From the NCBI GenBank assembly GCA_016184305.1, contig JACPCX010000188.1, positions 1 through 25,681 on the forward strand: a stretch of 25,681 bases of DNA, written 5' to 3'. Below the pieces are notes generated by a model. The model made no database searches and was not told where the DNA came from. It saw nothing but the letters and a program-made list of their open reading frames with translations. Positions within the stretch are counted from its first letter, which is position 1. Each line of letters begins with the position of its first letter. The DNA comes from Candidatus Rokuibacteriota bacterium. GTDB taxonomy: Bacteria > Methylomirabilota > Methylomirabilia > Rokubacteriales > CSP1-6. Below are positions 8,609-17,794 of the stretch, in pieces. A program made the position numbers and the translations under genes.

Positions 8609-10330
8609 TCAGTCCTCGAGGATCTGGCGGATCAGCCCCGGATAGCCCGGGTCCTCGCGCGGGTCGTAGCCCGGCACCACGTGGCGGTCGAGGAGAAACT
8701 GGGCCGCCGCGGGGAGCCAGCCGAGCCCGTTGTTTCCGCCGTCGTGCTGGGCGTCGTCCAGCAAGAGCGCCACCTGGACGATGCGCGCCATGCGGGTGAC
8801 GAGGCCGCGCACGTGGTAGCCCGCCTCCTGGGGATCGCCTCGCAGCAACCCGTCCATCGCGCCTCGCACGTCGTCCAGGGCGGTCAGCGCGCGGTCGCGC
8901 GTCGCCGCGAGCGCCGGGGCCTCTGCGCCGAGGAGCAGGTCCTGCGCGTGCCGCAGCAGCGCGTGGTGCATCTTGGACCGGACCGAGTCGCGCAGGACCT
9001 GCGACATGAGCGTGTTGTGCGGGCCCTCCCAGCTCTCCTGCACGGGGACCTCACGATAGAGGCGCGGCAGCGGGCTGAAATCCTCGATGGTGCCGTTGCC
9101 GCCCAGGATCTCGATGGCGTGGTGGACCACCAGCCCGGCGTCGATGGAGCAGGCGTACTTGTTGACGTTGACCGCGGTGCGGAAGACGGCGTCCTCCTCG
9201 GGGTGCGTCCCGGCGAGCGTGAGCCGGTCCTCGAGGGCGGCGACGAAGAGCGTGCCGGCGAGCCCCGCCGTGCCGAGCACCCGCATCTCGGCCAGCTGCT
9301 GGCGCACGGCCGGGAAATCCACGAGCCGCTGGCCGAAGGCCTCGCGCACCCGCGCGTAGTGCCAGGCCTCGACCCAGGCGCGGCGCATGATCCCCGAGGC
9401 GCCGATGCCCACCTCGAGGCGTGAGGTGTTGATGATCACGCCCATGAGGAGCTTGAACCCGTCCTCGAGCCGGCCCACCGGGTAGCCGCGAGCGTCCTCG
9501 AAGTCGAGCTCGGCCGTCGGCAAGGTCCGTGTGCCGAGCTTGTTCTTGAGCCGCCGGATGAGGACGCCGTTGGGGCGCCCGTCCGGAAGCCGCCGCGGCA
9601 CCACGAAGAGCCCGATCCCCGGCGTCCCTTCGGGCGCGCCCTCGGGCCTCGCGCTCACGGCGTAGAGGTCGGCGCCCACGTTGGAGCAGAACCACTTCTC
9701 CCCGCTGAGGCGCCACACGCCGTCCTCGCCCGGCACGGGACGCGCGACGCAGGCGTTGGCGCCCACGTCCGACCCGCCCTGGACCTCGGTGAGGAACTGC
9801 GCGCCGTGCCAGCGCCGATCGTAGTCGCGGTCGAGGAGCCGCGGCAGCCACTCCTCCTTCATCCAGTCGGCGCCGCAGCGCTGGATGGCCTTGATGATCC
9901 CGGCGGTGCAGGCGATCGAGCAGAGGTGCGGGACCTCGCCGTTGTGCCCGAACAGATAGGTGAAGGCCGCGTGGAGCGTCATGTTGCCGGGCTCACCCAG
10001 CACCGCCACGGTGCCCGCGCGCCACACGCGACGACCCACCTCGTGGTGGGCCGGGTGGAAGATGACCTCGGCGGAGCGCTCGCCGATGCTGTTCCAGCCC
10101 TCGAGGCGCGGGAGGTGCTCGGGCCGGTCGAGCTCGCCCGAAGCCTGGCTCACGAAGCCGGCCGAGTCGGCGCCGGCCTGGCGGAGCGCGGGCGCCACCG
10201 CGGCGAGGCGCTCGCTGCCGAGACGGCGGCGGAGCGCCATCCTCAGATAGCCATCGTCCTCGTAGAAGTTGGTGGGCTTCGCGGCCTCCCACCGGGCGAG
10301 TAGCGAGCGTCCGTGCTGGCTTCGGTCCAT
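8609..10330 (-). CDS. AidB-like acyl-CoA dehydrogenase family protein
   Basis: QFLTEVQGGSDVG, GEKWFCS, RRLKNKLGTR and WEGPHN motifs; GGAGG before ATG 10330. Confidence 0.85.
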   Translation of the reverse strand: MDRSQHGRSLLARWEAAKPTNFYEDDGYLRMALRRRLGSERLAAVAPALRQAGADSAGFVSQASGELDRPEHLPRLEGWNSIGERSAEVIFHPAHHEVGRRVWRAGTVAVLGEPGNMTLHAAFTYLFGHNGEVPHLCSIACTAGIIKAIQRCGADWMKEEWLPRLLDRDYDRRWHGAQFLTEVQGGSDVGANACVARPVPGEDGVWRLSGEKWFCSNVGADLYAVSARPEGAPEGTPGIGLFVVPRRLPDGRPNGVLIRRLKNKLGTRTLPTAELDFEDARGYPVGRLEDGFKLLMGVIINTSRLEVGIGASGIMRRAWVEAWHYARVREAFGQRLVDFPAVRQQLAEMRVLGTAGLAGTLFVAALEDRLTLAGTHPEEDAVFRTAVNVNKYACSIDAGLVVHHAIEILGGNGTIEDFSPLPRLYREVPVQESWEGPHNTLMSQVLRDSVRSKMHHALLRHAQDLLLGAEAPALAATRDRALTALDDVRGAMDGLLRGDPQEAGYHVRGLVTRMARIVQVALLLDDAQHDGGNNGLGWLPAAAQFLLDRHVVPGYDPREDPGYPGLIRQILED

Positions 10331-10509
10331 CGAGGCTCCTCCCTCCGGTTCGGCTGCGTCGGACATGTTCATACTCCAGGAATCGGCCGAGGTCACGCTG
10401 AATCTTCGCGGGGTCGCAGATCTCGCTTTGCGTCCTGAGCGCGTCAATGCCAGTATGGGTCCCGGCTGGCCTCATCTCATCCACGCTCAACTTGCGACAG
10501 GAGGACGTC

Positions 10510-11817
10510 ATGGCTCGCCACCTCAAGCGCGGGATCGATGCGGGCGCCATCAAGGCCGCCGACACGAAGGTTCGCGAGACGGTCGAGACGATCCTCGCCG
10601 ACATCGAGACGCGCCGCGACGTCGCCGTCCGGGATCTCTCCCAGAGGCTCGACCACTGGTCGCCCGAAAGCTTCCGGCTCACCGCGCAGGAGATCGAGCG
10701 CGCCATCGCCCAGCTCGCCCGGCGCGATCTCGACGACATCCGCTTCGCCCAGGCGCAGGTGCGCAACTTCGCGGAGAAGCAGAAGGCGACCCTGCTGGAC
10801 CTCGAGGTCGAGACGCTTCCCGGCGTCATCCTGGGGCACCGGCACATCCCGGTGAACAGCATCGGCTGCTACGTCCCGGGCGGGCGCTATCCGATGGTGG
10901 CCTCGGCGCATATGTCGATCGTGACCGCGAAGGTCGCGGGCGTCCGCCGCATCGTCGCCTGCGCGCCGCCGTTCAAGGGCGGGCCGCATCCGGCGATCGT
11001 CGCCGCGATGTACCTGGGCGGCGCCGACGAGATCTACGTCCTCGGCGGCGTGCAGGCGGTGGCCGCCATGGCGCTCGGCACCGAGACCATCGCGCCCGTC
11101 GCCATGATCGTGGGGCCGGGCAACGCCTATGTCGCCGAGGCCAAGCGCCAGCTGTTCGGGCGCGTCGGCATCGATCTCCTCGCCGGGCCGACCGAGACGC
11201 TGGTCATCGCCGACGAGACCGTGGACGGCGAGATCTGCGCGACCGACCTCCTCGGCCAGGCGGAACACGGGCCGACCTCCCCGGCGATCCTCCTCACCAC
11301 CTCGGAGAAGCTTGCGCGCGAGACCATCGGCGAGGTCGAGCGGCTGCTGACGATCCTGCCGACCGCGGACACCGCCTCACAGGCGTGGGCGGACTACGGG
11401 GAGGTCATCGTCTGCGACGATGACGACGAGATGGTCCGGGAGGCCGACCGCATCGCCTCCGAGCACGTCCAGGTGATGACCAGAAACCCGGACTATTTCC
11501 TGACCCGGATGACCAATTACGGGGCGCTCTTCCTCGGGCCGCGCACCAACGTCGCCTACGGCGACAAGGTGATCGGCACCAACCACACGCTGCCGACCAG
11601 GAAGGCGGCGCGCTACACGGGCGGCCTGTGGGTCGGCAAGTTCCTCAAGACCTGCACCTACCAGAGGGTGCTGACCGACCAGGCGAGCGCGTTTGTCGGC
11701 GAATACTGCTCGCGACTCTGCCTGCTCGAAGGTTTCTCCGCGCATGCGGAGCAGGCCAATGTCCGCGTGCGCCGTTACGGCGGGCGCACCGTCGCCTACG
11801 CCCAGCCGGCCGTGTGA
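10510..11817 (+). CDS. Histidinol dehydrogenase homolog of the non-canonical HpsN-related clade
   Basis: [31 protein letters not shown] and [13 protein letters not shown] motifs. GGRY and GDK features resemble HpsN-like paralogs more than biosynthetic HisD, and no his genes are nearby. AGGAGG precedes ATG 10510. Confidence 0.8.
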   Translation: MARHLKRGIDAGAIKAADTKVRETVETILADIETRRDVAVRDLSQRLDHWSPESFRLTAQEIERAIAQLARRDLDDIRFAQAQVRNFAEKQKATLLDLEVETLPGVILGHRHIPVNSIGCYVPGGRYPMVASAHMSIVTAKVAGVRRIVACAPPFKGGPHPAIVAAMYLGGADEIYVLGGVQAVAAMALGTETIAPVAMIVGPGNAYVAEAKRQLFGRVGIDLLAGPTETLVIADETVDGEICATDLLGQAEHGPTSPAILLTTSEKLARETIGEVERLLTILPTADTASQAWADYGEVIVCDDDDEMVREADRIASEHVQVMTRNPDYFLTRMTNYGALFLGPRTNVAYGDKVIGTNHTLPTRKAARYTGGLWVGKFLKTCTYQRVLTDQASAFVGEYCSRLCLLEGFSAHAEQANVRVRRYGGRTVAYAQPAV

Positions 11818-11862
11818 GCGGCTCGTGCCCCCACCTGAACCGCGCGAGGCGTCGGAGCGCGG

Positions 11863-13320
11863 ATGCGCGGTATCATGGCGGCCTATGGCATCTCCGATGA
11901 GGCTCGGACCATGTCCATCCTGACCGTTGAGGAGTGCGCGCGCATCCACGCCGGCAGTCTCGATGTGCTGGAGACGCTGGGCATCCGGGTGGACGACGAG
12001 GGGATCCTGGCGCTGCTCCGCCGTCACGGGGCCCGCGACGGGGGTGACGCCGACACGGTGCGCCTGCCGCGGGGGCTGGTCGGCGAGTGCCTGGGGACTT
12101 GCCCGGAGACGGCGCGATTCGCCGATCGCAAGGGTGGCGGCGCCGAGCTTGGCCCGGGCGGTCCTGCCGTCTTCTGGACCGGCAATGCGCTGCATCTCGC
12201 CGAGGGGCGCGGGCGCCGGGATCTCCTCACGGCGGACCTCGCCATGCTCACGCGCGTGGCCGATGCCTGCCCCCAGGTGGACGGGATGGTCGGCACGAGC
12301 GTGGCGGATGTGCCGCCTGCCGCCCGCGATGTGGTCGGCTTCAGCGTGATGGCCGCCAACACGGCCAAGCATCTCCGCCCCTGCATCTTCACCCCGGCCG
12401 GGGCCACGGCCATCGTCGAGATGGCGGAAGTGCTGGCCGGCGGCGGGGCGCCGCTCAGCCAGCGGCCGCTGGTCTCCTTCGGCTACAGCATCGTGAGCCC
12501 GCTGCACTGGTCGGCCACGGGGCTCGGCGTCTTCCGCAACACGGCGGGCCATGGGCTGCCGCTCATGATCAACTCCGAGCCCATGGGCGGTGGCACGGCG
12601 CCCGTGACGCTGGCCGGCTGTCTGGTGCTGGCCAATGCCGATGCCTTGAGCGGCATCGTCATCGCGCAGCTGCTCGAGCGCGGCCGCCCGGTGATCTACA
12701 ACCTCGGCTTCGCCCACGTGCTGGACATGTCCACCTCCGTGGCGCTCACCGGGGCGCCCGAGAACGCGCTGCTCCAGGCGGCCGGCGCCGAGCTGGCCCG
12801 CTTCCACGGGCTGCCGTCGGCGTCGTGGATGTCCACCGAGGCGATGCTGCCTGACGGCCAGGCGGCGTGGGAGAAGATGCAGACGGGTCTCGCGCATGCG
12901 ACCCATGGCGTCAACATCGTCTGGGGCGCGGGCAACCTCGAGTCCACCCTTTGCATGTCCGCCGAGATGCTCGTGATCGACGACGAGATCATCGGCGCCA
13001 TCCGGCGCTTCACCCGGGGCATCGGCGTCAACGACGAGACCCTGGCGCTCGGGCTGATCCAGGAGGTGGGCCACAGCGGCGACTTTCTCACCACCGACCA
13101 CACGCTGCGGCACTTCAAGGAGCAGATCCGCCACAGCCGTCTGCCCACGCGCTCGAAGCGCGATGCGTGGGAGCGGCAGGGCAGTCGTACCATCGAGGAG
13201 AAGGCGGCTCACCGTTTGCGGGAGATCCTCGCCCGGGAGGCTCCGTCGTGCGTGACGGAGGAGCAGAGGCGGGAGCTCGAGCGCATCGCCGAGGGCCATC
13301 TGGCGGCGCTGCCCGCCTGA
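11863..13320 (+). CDS. mttB: Trimethylamine methyltransferase (MttB) superfamily protein, non-pyrrolysine
   Basis: RIH..SL.VLE..G, SPLHW, GGTAPVTLAG, PD.QA.WEK and GPGG-like GHSGDFL..DHT motifs. No in-frame TAG. Start uncertain (11863, 11875 or 11911). Confidence 0.88.
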   Translation: MRGIMAAYGISDEARTMSILTVEECARIHAGSLDVLETLGIRVDDEGILALLRRHGARDGGDADTVRLPRGLVGECLGTCPETARFADRKGGGAELGPGGPAVFWTGNALHLAEGRGRRDLLTADLAMLTRVADACPQVDGMVGTSVADVPPAARDVVGFSVMAANTAKHLRPCIFTPAGATAIVEMAEVLAGGGAPLSQRPLVSFGYSIVSPLHWSATGLGVFRNTAGHGLPLMINSEPMGGGTAPVTLAGCLVLANADALSGIVIAQLLERGRPVIYNLGFAHVLDMSTSVALTGAPENALLQAAGAELARFHGLPSASWMSTEAMLPDGQAAWEKMQTGLAHATHGVNIVWGAGNLESTLCMSAEMLVIDDEIIGAIRRFTRGIGVNDETLALGLIQEVGHSGDFLTTDHTLRHFKEQIRHSRLPTRSKRDAWERQGSRTIEEKAAHRLREILAREAPSCVTEEQRRELERIAEGHLAALPA

Positions 13321-13338
13321 GGAGGCGGCGAGGGGACG

Positions 13339-13986
13339 ATGAGCGCGGAGCGGATCGAGGCGATCCGGAGCGGGACGGTGGCGGGGCAGCCGGACACGGT
13401 GCTGCCGCTCGTGCGGGAGGCGCTGGCCGACGGCGTGCCGGCGGGCGCGCTGCTCCAGGATGGGCTCATCGCCGCCATGGACGAGGTGGGGCGGCGCTTC
13501 GAGCAGGGCGACTGCTACATCCCCGAGATGCTCCTCTCCGCCCGGGTGATGAAGGCGGCCGTGGAGGTGCTCAGGCCGCATCTGCTCGAAGCACAGGTGG
13601 AGCCCCTCGGGCGCATCGTCATCGGCACCATGGAGGGAGATCTCCACGACATCGGCAAGAACCTCGTTGGTATCATGCTCGAGGGGGTCGGCTTCGAGGT
13701 GATAGACCTCGGCAGCAATGTCCGGCCCGCGCGCTTCGTCGAGGCGGTGCAGAAGCATCAGCCTGCCTTCGTCGGCTTCTCGACCTTGCTCACGACGACC
13801 ATGCCCAGCATGGGGCGCACCATCGCCGCGCTCGGCGAGGCGGGGCTCAGGGCGGGGCTCCGCGTGGTGATCGGCGGAGCGCCGGTGACGGGGCGCTTTG
13901 CCCGGGAGATCGGCGCGGATTGCTACGCCGCCACCGCCATCGAGGCCGCCCAGCAGCTGCGCGAGATCGCCAGAGCCAGGAGGTAG
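13339..13986 (+). CDS. Cognate corrinoid (B12-binding) protein, MttC-like
   Basis: Cap domain M..VG.RF...YIPE plus GDLHDIGKNLV (DxHxxG), LLTTTM and IGGAPVT. Confidence 0.92.
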   Translation: MSAERIEAIRSGTVAGQPDTVLPLVREALADGVPAGALLQDGLIAAMDEVGRRFEQGDCYIPEMLLSARVMKAAVEVLRPHLLEAQVEPLGRIVIGTMEGDLHDIGKNLVGIMLEGVGFEVIDLGSNVRPARFVEAVQKHQPAFVGFSTLLTTTMPSMGRTIAALGEAGLRAGLRVVIGGAPVTGRFAREIGADCYAATAIEAAQQLREIARARR

Positions 13987-13989
13987 CGG

Positions 13990-14835
13990 ATGAACGTGAT
14001 CGAGGCATGGCTGGCCGACCTGAGAGAAGTCCTCCGGGGCGAGCCGGCAGCGGTGAGCGACGTGAGGGTCGGCGTGTTTTACACGGCGGTGGCCCTCGCC
14101 ACCGGCGAGACAGGGGTGGCCTTCACGCCGCGGGATCAGGCTGACACCGTGTGCTGCCCGCGCTCGGCGGCGGCGGCGCCCCAGGCCGGCCGGCTCGCGG
14201 GGCAAGACGCCTGGGCGCTCGCGCGCGAGGCCGCCGAGACCAACTCGCTCCGGCGCGCGGTGGGGGTGGCCGTGCTCAATGCGCTCTCGGCGCGCGCCAT
14301 GGCGCGGGCGGGAGTGCCCGGCGGGGCGCTGCTGCCTGGCGTGGACGCGCTCCAGGCCGCGGGTGTCGGCCCTGAGGACCGCGTCGCGATGGTTGGCGCC
14401 TTCGTGCCGTTCATCAAGGCGCTCAAGGGGCGCGTGGCCCGGCTCTGGGTGGTGGACAAGCACCGCGACGCGCTCAAGGGGGACGAGCTGCCCTTCTGGA
14501 AATCGCCCGCGGAGGCGCTCGCGGTGCTCGGCGCCGCCAGCGTTGTCGTCATCACGGGCTCGGCGCTGGTGGAGGGAGGACTGGACGCCCTGCTGGCGGC
14601 GGCCGCCAGCGCTCGCAGCGTGGTGCTGGCGGGGCCCACGGCCTCAGCCTGGCCGCGGCCCTTCTTCCAGCGCGGCGTGCGCGTGATGGGCGGCATCCGC
14701 GTGCTGGACGGTCGCGCGCTGCTCCAGGTCGTGAGCGAGGGCGGCTCGGGCTACTTCTTCGAGGGCATCGCGGAGAAGGTCTGCATCGTCCGGGAGGGCG
14801 AGGCCCTCGACATCGCGCGACGGTCCGCGGCGTGA
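13990..14835 (+). CDS. DUF364/DUF4213-like protein (enolase-N-like plus Rossmann-like)
   Basis: VG..YTAV, RAVGVA.LNALS, VAMVGAF.P, VITGS.LV...LD.LL and GPTAS motifs; a CC pair; AGGAGG RBS. Confidence 0.75.
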   Translation: MNVIEAWLADLREVLRGEPAAVSDVRVGVFYTAVALATGETGVAFTPRDQADTVCCPRSAAAAPQAGRLAGQDAWALAREAAETNSLRRAVGVAVLNALSARAMARAGVPGGALLPGVDALQAAGVGPEDRVAMVGAFVPFIKALKGRVARLWVVDKHRDALKGDELPFWKSPAEALAVLGAASVVVITGSALVEGGLDALLAAAASARSVVLAGPTASAWPRPFFQRGVRVMGGIRVLDGRALLQVVSEGGSGYFFEGIAEKVCIVREGEALDIARRSAA

Positions 14836-15044
14836 GCGCGATGCGCAATGGCGGCGAGATGATCGTCGAGTACCTGGCCCCCGCCATCGAGCACGGGATC
14901 AAGGCGGGCAAGCCCTTCGTGCTGGAGTTGCACGTGGATCGTGACATCAAACCGCCGGCAATGGGCACCTGGCAATTGCCGCCCCTGCCTCATGGCGAGC
15001 CCGCCTTCGGCGCCCGCCGACTCCCACAGGAGGAGACGCGATGA
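14832..15044 (+). pseudogene. Internally deleted thiamine-diphosphate-dependent enzyme (N- and C-termini only)
   Basis: MRNGGEMIVEYL (acetolactate-synthase-like start) is joined directly to APAIEHGIKAGKPFVLELHVD (typical TPP-enzyme end). Still coupled to both neighbouring genes. Confidence 0.65.
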
Positions 15045-15460
15045 CGACGGCCCCGGGGCAGAAGCCGCAGGCGAAGATCATGCGGATGGAGGAGGCGTTC
15101 TGGGAGCTGCCGCCCAAGCACTTCCAGGCCTTCTCGAAGATGCTCGTGCATCCCACCAATGCCGACACGAAGCACTTCGACTTCCGCATCTCGTCCTATC
15201 AGCCCCGCGGCTATGCGGAGGTCCACGTCCACGAGGTGGCCGAGAACCTCTACTACATCCTCCGCGGCAAGGGCATCGTGGAGCTGGACGGGGTGAAGCA
15301 TCTGGTGGAGCCGCACATGCTCATCCACATCCCGCCCGGCGTGCACCACGGCATCTTCAACACGGGCATCGAGGATCTCGTCTTCCTGGTGGTGGCGTCA
15401 CCCCCCTACGACATGCCGGAGGTCCAGCAGACCAGCGGCCGCGACACGCCCGCGCGCTGA
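15041..15460 (+). CDS. Cupin-domain protein
   Basis: HVHEVAENLYYILRGKG and IPPGVHHG are cupin motifs 1 and 2; AGGAGG RBS. Confidence 0.88.
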   Translation: MTTAPGQKPQAKIMRMEEAFWELPPKHFQAFSKMLVHPTNADTKHFDFRISSYQPRGYAEVHVHEVAENLYYILRGKGIVELDGVKHLVEPHMLIHIPPGVHHGIFNTGIEDLVFLVVASPPYDMPEVQQTSGRDTPAR

Positions 15461-15467
15461 CGGCCTG

Positions 15468-17408
15468 ATGGCCGCCTTCCCCCGCCTCTTCGCGCCTGGC
15501 CGGATCGGGCGCCTGGAGCTCCGGAATCGCATCCTGATGGCGCCCATGGAGAAGAATCTCGCCACCGCGGCGGGCGCCGTCACCCAGCGCTACATCGACT
15601 ACGTGGAGGCGCGCGCGGCCGGCGGCGCCGCCCTCATCCTGCTCGAGTCCATGTACGTGCACCCCGCGGGCCGCAATCACCTCTACCAGCTCGGCATCCA
15701 CGACGACGCGCTGGTGCCCGGTTACCGGCGCCTCGTCGAGGTCTGCCATCGCCACGGCGCCCTGGTGGGCGCCGAGCTGGAATTCGCGGGGCGCGAGACC
15801 TCTTCCGCCGTCACGGGCACTCAGCCGGTGGCGCCATCCCCCGTGCCGTGCGCGACGCTGGCGGGCGGTGAGATGCCGCGCGCCCTGTCGGTGCCGGAGA
15901 TCTCCGCCATCGTCGGGGAATTCGCCGAGGCGGCACGCCGGGCGGTGGCCGCCGGCTTCGACATGATCGAGGTCCACGGGGCCCATGGCTATCTCGTCGG
16001 CCAGTTCCTCTCGCCTTACGCCAACAAGCGGGAGGACGAGTACGGGGGGGACTTCGAGCGGCGCCTGCGCTTTCCGCTCGACGTCATCGCGGCGGTCCGC
16101 GAGGCCGTGGGGCCCGGGACGCCGCTCCTCTACCGCCTCTCCGCGGAGGAGCACGTCGAGGGCGGGCTCACGCTGGCGGACATGTGCCGCATCGCCCCGC
16201 GGCTCGAGGCGGCCGGCATCGACGGCCTCGACGTCACGGCCGGCATCTACGAGTCGGCGGTATGGATGGTGCAGCCGATGGAGATGGAGCAGGGGTGCCT
16301 GGCGCCGCTGGCGCGGGAGATCCGGCGCGCCGTGAGCATCCCGGTGAGCGTCGCGGGGCGGATCAGCGACCCGCATGTGGCCGAGCGCATCCTCGAGACA
16401 GGCGACGCCGACTTCGTGACGCTCGGCAGGGCGCTGCACGCCGATCCCGAGATGCCCAGGAAAAGCCGCGAGGGGCGGGAGCGGGAGATCTGCTACTGCG
16501 TGGCCTGCCTCAAGTGCAGCGACCTCCTGGGCCAGAACCAGCCCGTCCTCTGCCTGGCGAATACGCGGACGGCCCGCGAGCGGGAATACACGGTGCGCCG
16601 GGCGGCCGGGCCGCAGCGCGTGGTGGTGGTGGGCGCGGGGCCCGCCGGTCTCGAGGCGGCGCGCGTGCTGGCGCTGCGCGGGCATGCGGTGACCGTGCTC
16701 GAGCGCGCGGCCGAGCCCGGGGGGCAGGTGCTCATGAGCCGGCTCGTGCCCGGGCGGGAAGAGCTGGCCGGGCTCGCCGCCTATCTCGTGGATGCAGCCG
16801 CGCGAGCGGGGGCCACGATCCGGCTTGGTGTTGACGCGACGGTGGACGTGGTGCTCGCCGCGGCGCCCGATGCCGTCGTCGTGGCCACGGGCGCCAGGCC
16901 GGGCGTGCCGCCCATCGCGGGCATCATGGACAGCCCGGCCGTGGATCCCTTCACCGTGCTGCGCCGCCCCGCGGGCCCGGTGCGGCGCGCGCTCGTCATC
17001 GGCGGCGGGCTCCTCGGTGTGGGCGTGGCCCATGTGCTGGCGGAGCGCGGGGCCGATGTCGTCGTGGCCGAGCCCGGGGGCGAGCTTGCGGGGGAGCTGG
17101 GGCTCAGGCCCCGCTGGCAGTACGTGGCCAACCTGCGCGCGCGCGCGAACGTGTCGATCCGGCTCGGGACCACCGTCGAGGCGCTCTCCGCCGGCGGGGC
17201 GGTGCTCCGGAAGCTCGGCGAGGTGGAAAGGCTCAGCGCCCTCGACCTCGTGGTGCCGACGCGGCCCATGCTCGCGGTGAGCGGCCTCGCAGATGCCCTC
17301 AAGGCGCTCCCCGGCGGGCCCGCCGTGTTCGAGATCGGCGACTGCGTCATGCCGCGGACGGCCTTCGAGGCCATGCAGGACGCCGCCGCCCTCGGCCATC
17401 GGCTCTGA
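15468..17408 (+). CDS. OYE-like FMN/[4Fe-4S]/FAD oxidoreductase (FadH/TMA-dehydrogenase-type architecture)
   Basis: NRILMAPM, EVHGAHGYLVGQFLSP..NKR.DEYGG, C-x2-C-x2-C-x11-C, GAGPAGLEAA and ATGARP motifs. Confidence 0.9.
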   Translation: MAAFPRLFAPGRIGRLELRNRILMAPMEKNLATAAGAVTQRYIDYVEARAAGGAALILLESMYVHPAGRNHLYQLGIHDDALVPGYRRLVEVCHRHGALVGAELEFAGRETSSAVTGTQPVAPSPVPCATLAGGEMPRALSVPEISAIVGEFAEAARRAVAAGFDMIEVHGAHGYLVGQFLSPYANKREDEYGGDFERRLRFPLDVIAAVREAVGPGTPLLYRLSAEEHVEGGLTLADMCRIAPRLEAAGIDGLDVTAGIYESAVWMVQPMEMEQGCLAPLAREIRRAVSIPVSVAGRISDPHVAERILETGDADFVTLGRALHADPEMPRKSREGREREICYCVACLKCSDLLGQNQPVLCLANTRTAREREYTVRRAAGPQRVVVVGAGPAGLEAARVLALRGHAVTVLERAAEPGGQVLMSRLVPGREELAGLAAYLVDAAARAGATIRLGVDATVDVVLAAAPDAVVVATGARPGVPPIAGIMDSPAVDPFTVLRRPAGPVRRALVIGGGLLGVGVAHVLAERGADVVVAEPGGELAGELGLRPRWQYVANLRARANVSIRLGTTVEALSAGGAVLRKLGEVERLSALDLVVPTRPMLAVSGLADALKALPGGPAVFEIGDCVMPRTAFEAMQDAAALGHRL

Positions 17409-17487
17409 CAGGCCCCTGACAGGGGCGGCGCTGGCGATCTCGGCCGGCCGCTCTCCCCCTGCGAGGCCAGAGCTGGATGGTCGCCGA

Positions 17488-17661
17488 TCAGCGGCCTCTC
17501 TCCTGCGCTCCGACGCGAGCGGCCCGCGCCGGAAAGGCCCGCAAGCGTCTGCCGGCAGCCTGCTGACCCGGATGTCCATCAGAGCGTTGCCACTTCACCC
17601 CAGCCGGCAGGGCTCCGTAACCGGTCGCCGCCTCCGGGGCCAGAATGACCTCGTAGCGCAT
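17488..17661 (-). pseudogene. RelE/ParE-like toxin N-terminal remnant (last, broken cassette)
   Basis: MRYEVILAPEAATGYGALPAGVK resembles RelE-family N-termini, then decays. It starts about 50 bp after the attC1 core. Confidence 0.45.
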
Positions 17662-17713
17662 GAGGCCCCAATATGGCCAGAATGGCGCGCACGGTCAATT
17701 ACCGGGATGAGCG

Positions 17714-17771
17714 GCCCAACGCCAGCGGTCAGCGGCCGGCGCAGCCGGTCCGCTGGAGCGCTCTGTTGGGC
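17714..17771 (-). repeat. attC site 1 (58 bp)
   Basis: R'' GCCCAAC ... R' GTTGGGC. Bottom-strand stem tcagcggccggc/gccggTccgctgGa has extrahelical T17749 and G17756. Confidence 0.92.
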
Positions 17772-17794
17772 GGTTCGGCGATGAGATCAATCGA

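Noticed and set aside
10510..11817. Biosynthetic hisD, or a definite hpsN assignment
   Set aside because: No his operon or sulfonate gene context; the motifs indicate a paralogous clade of unknown substrate.
12811..12876. Pyrrolysine codon in MttB
   Set aside because: The equivalent region reads LPSASWMSTEAMLPDGQ with no in-frame TAG.
13318..13992. Read-through fusion of MttB (TGA), corrinoid protein (TAG) and DUF364, which are all in one frame
   Set aside because: The stops fall at natural domain ends and each downstream gene has a purine-rich RBS. There is no catalytic Cys context or SECIS-like hairpin, and shared frame arises by chance about 1 time in 9.
17412..17426. Intrinsic terminator GCCCCT-GAC-AGGGGC after the oxidoreductase
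   Set aside because: Short 6-bp stem with no U tract; insufficient support.
132..17579. Long antisense or alternative-frame ORFs (e.g. 132-1694 +, 4761-6662 -, 11377-14463 -, 15357-17579 -)
   Set aside because: Shadow ORFs of high-GC genes: Arg/Gly/Pro-rich, without motifs, and overlapping well-supported CDSs.
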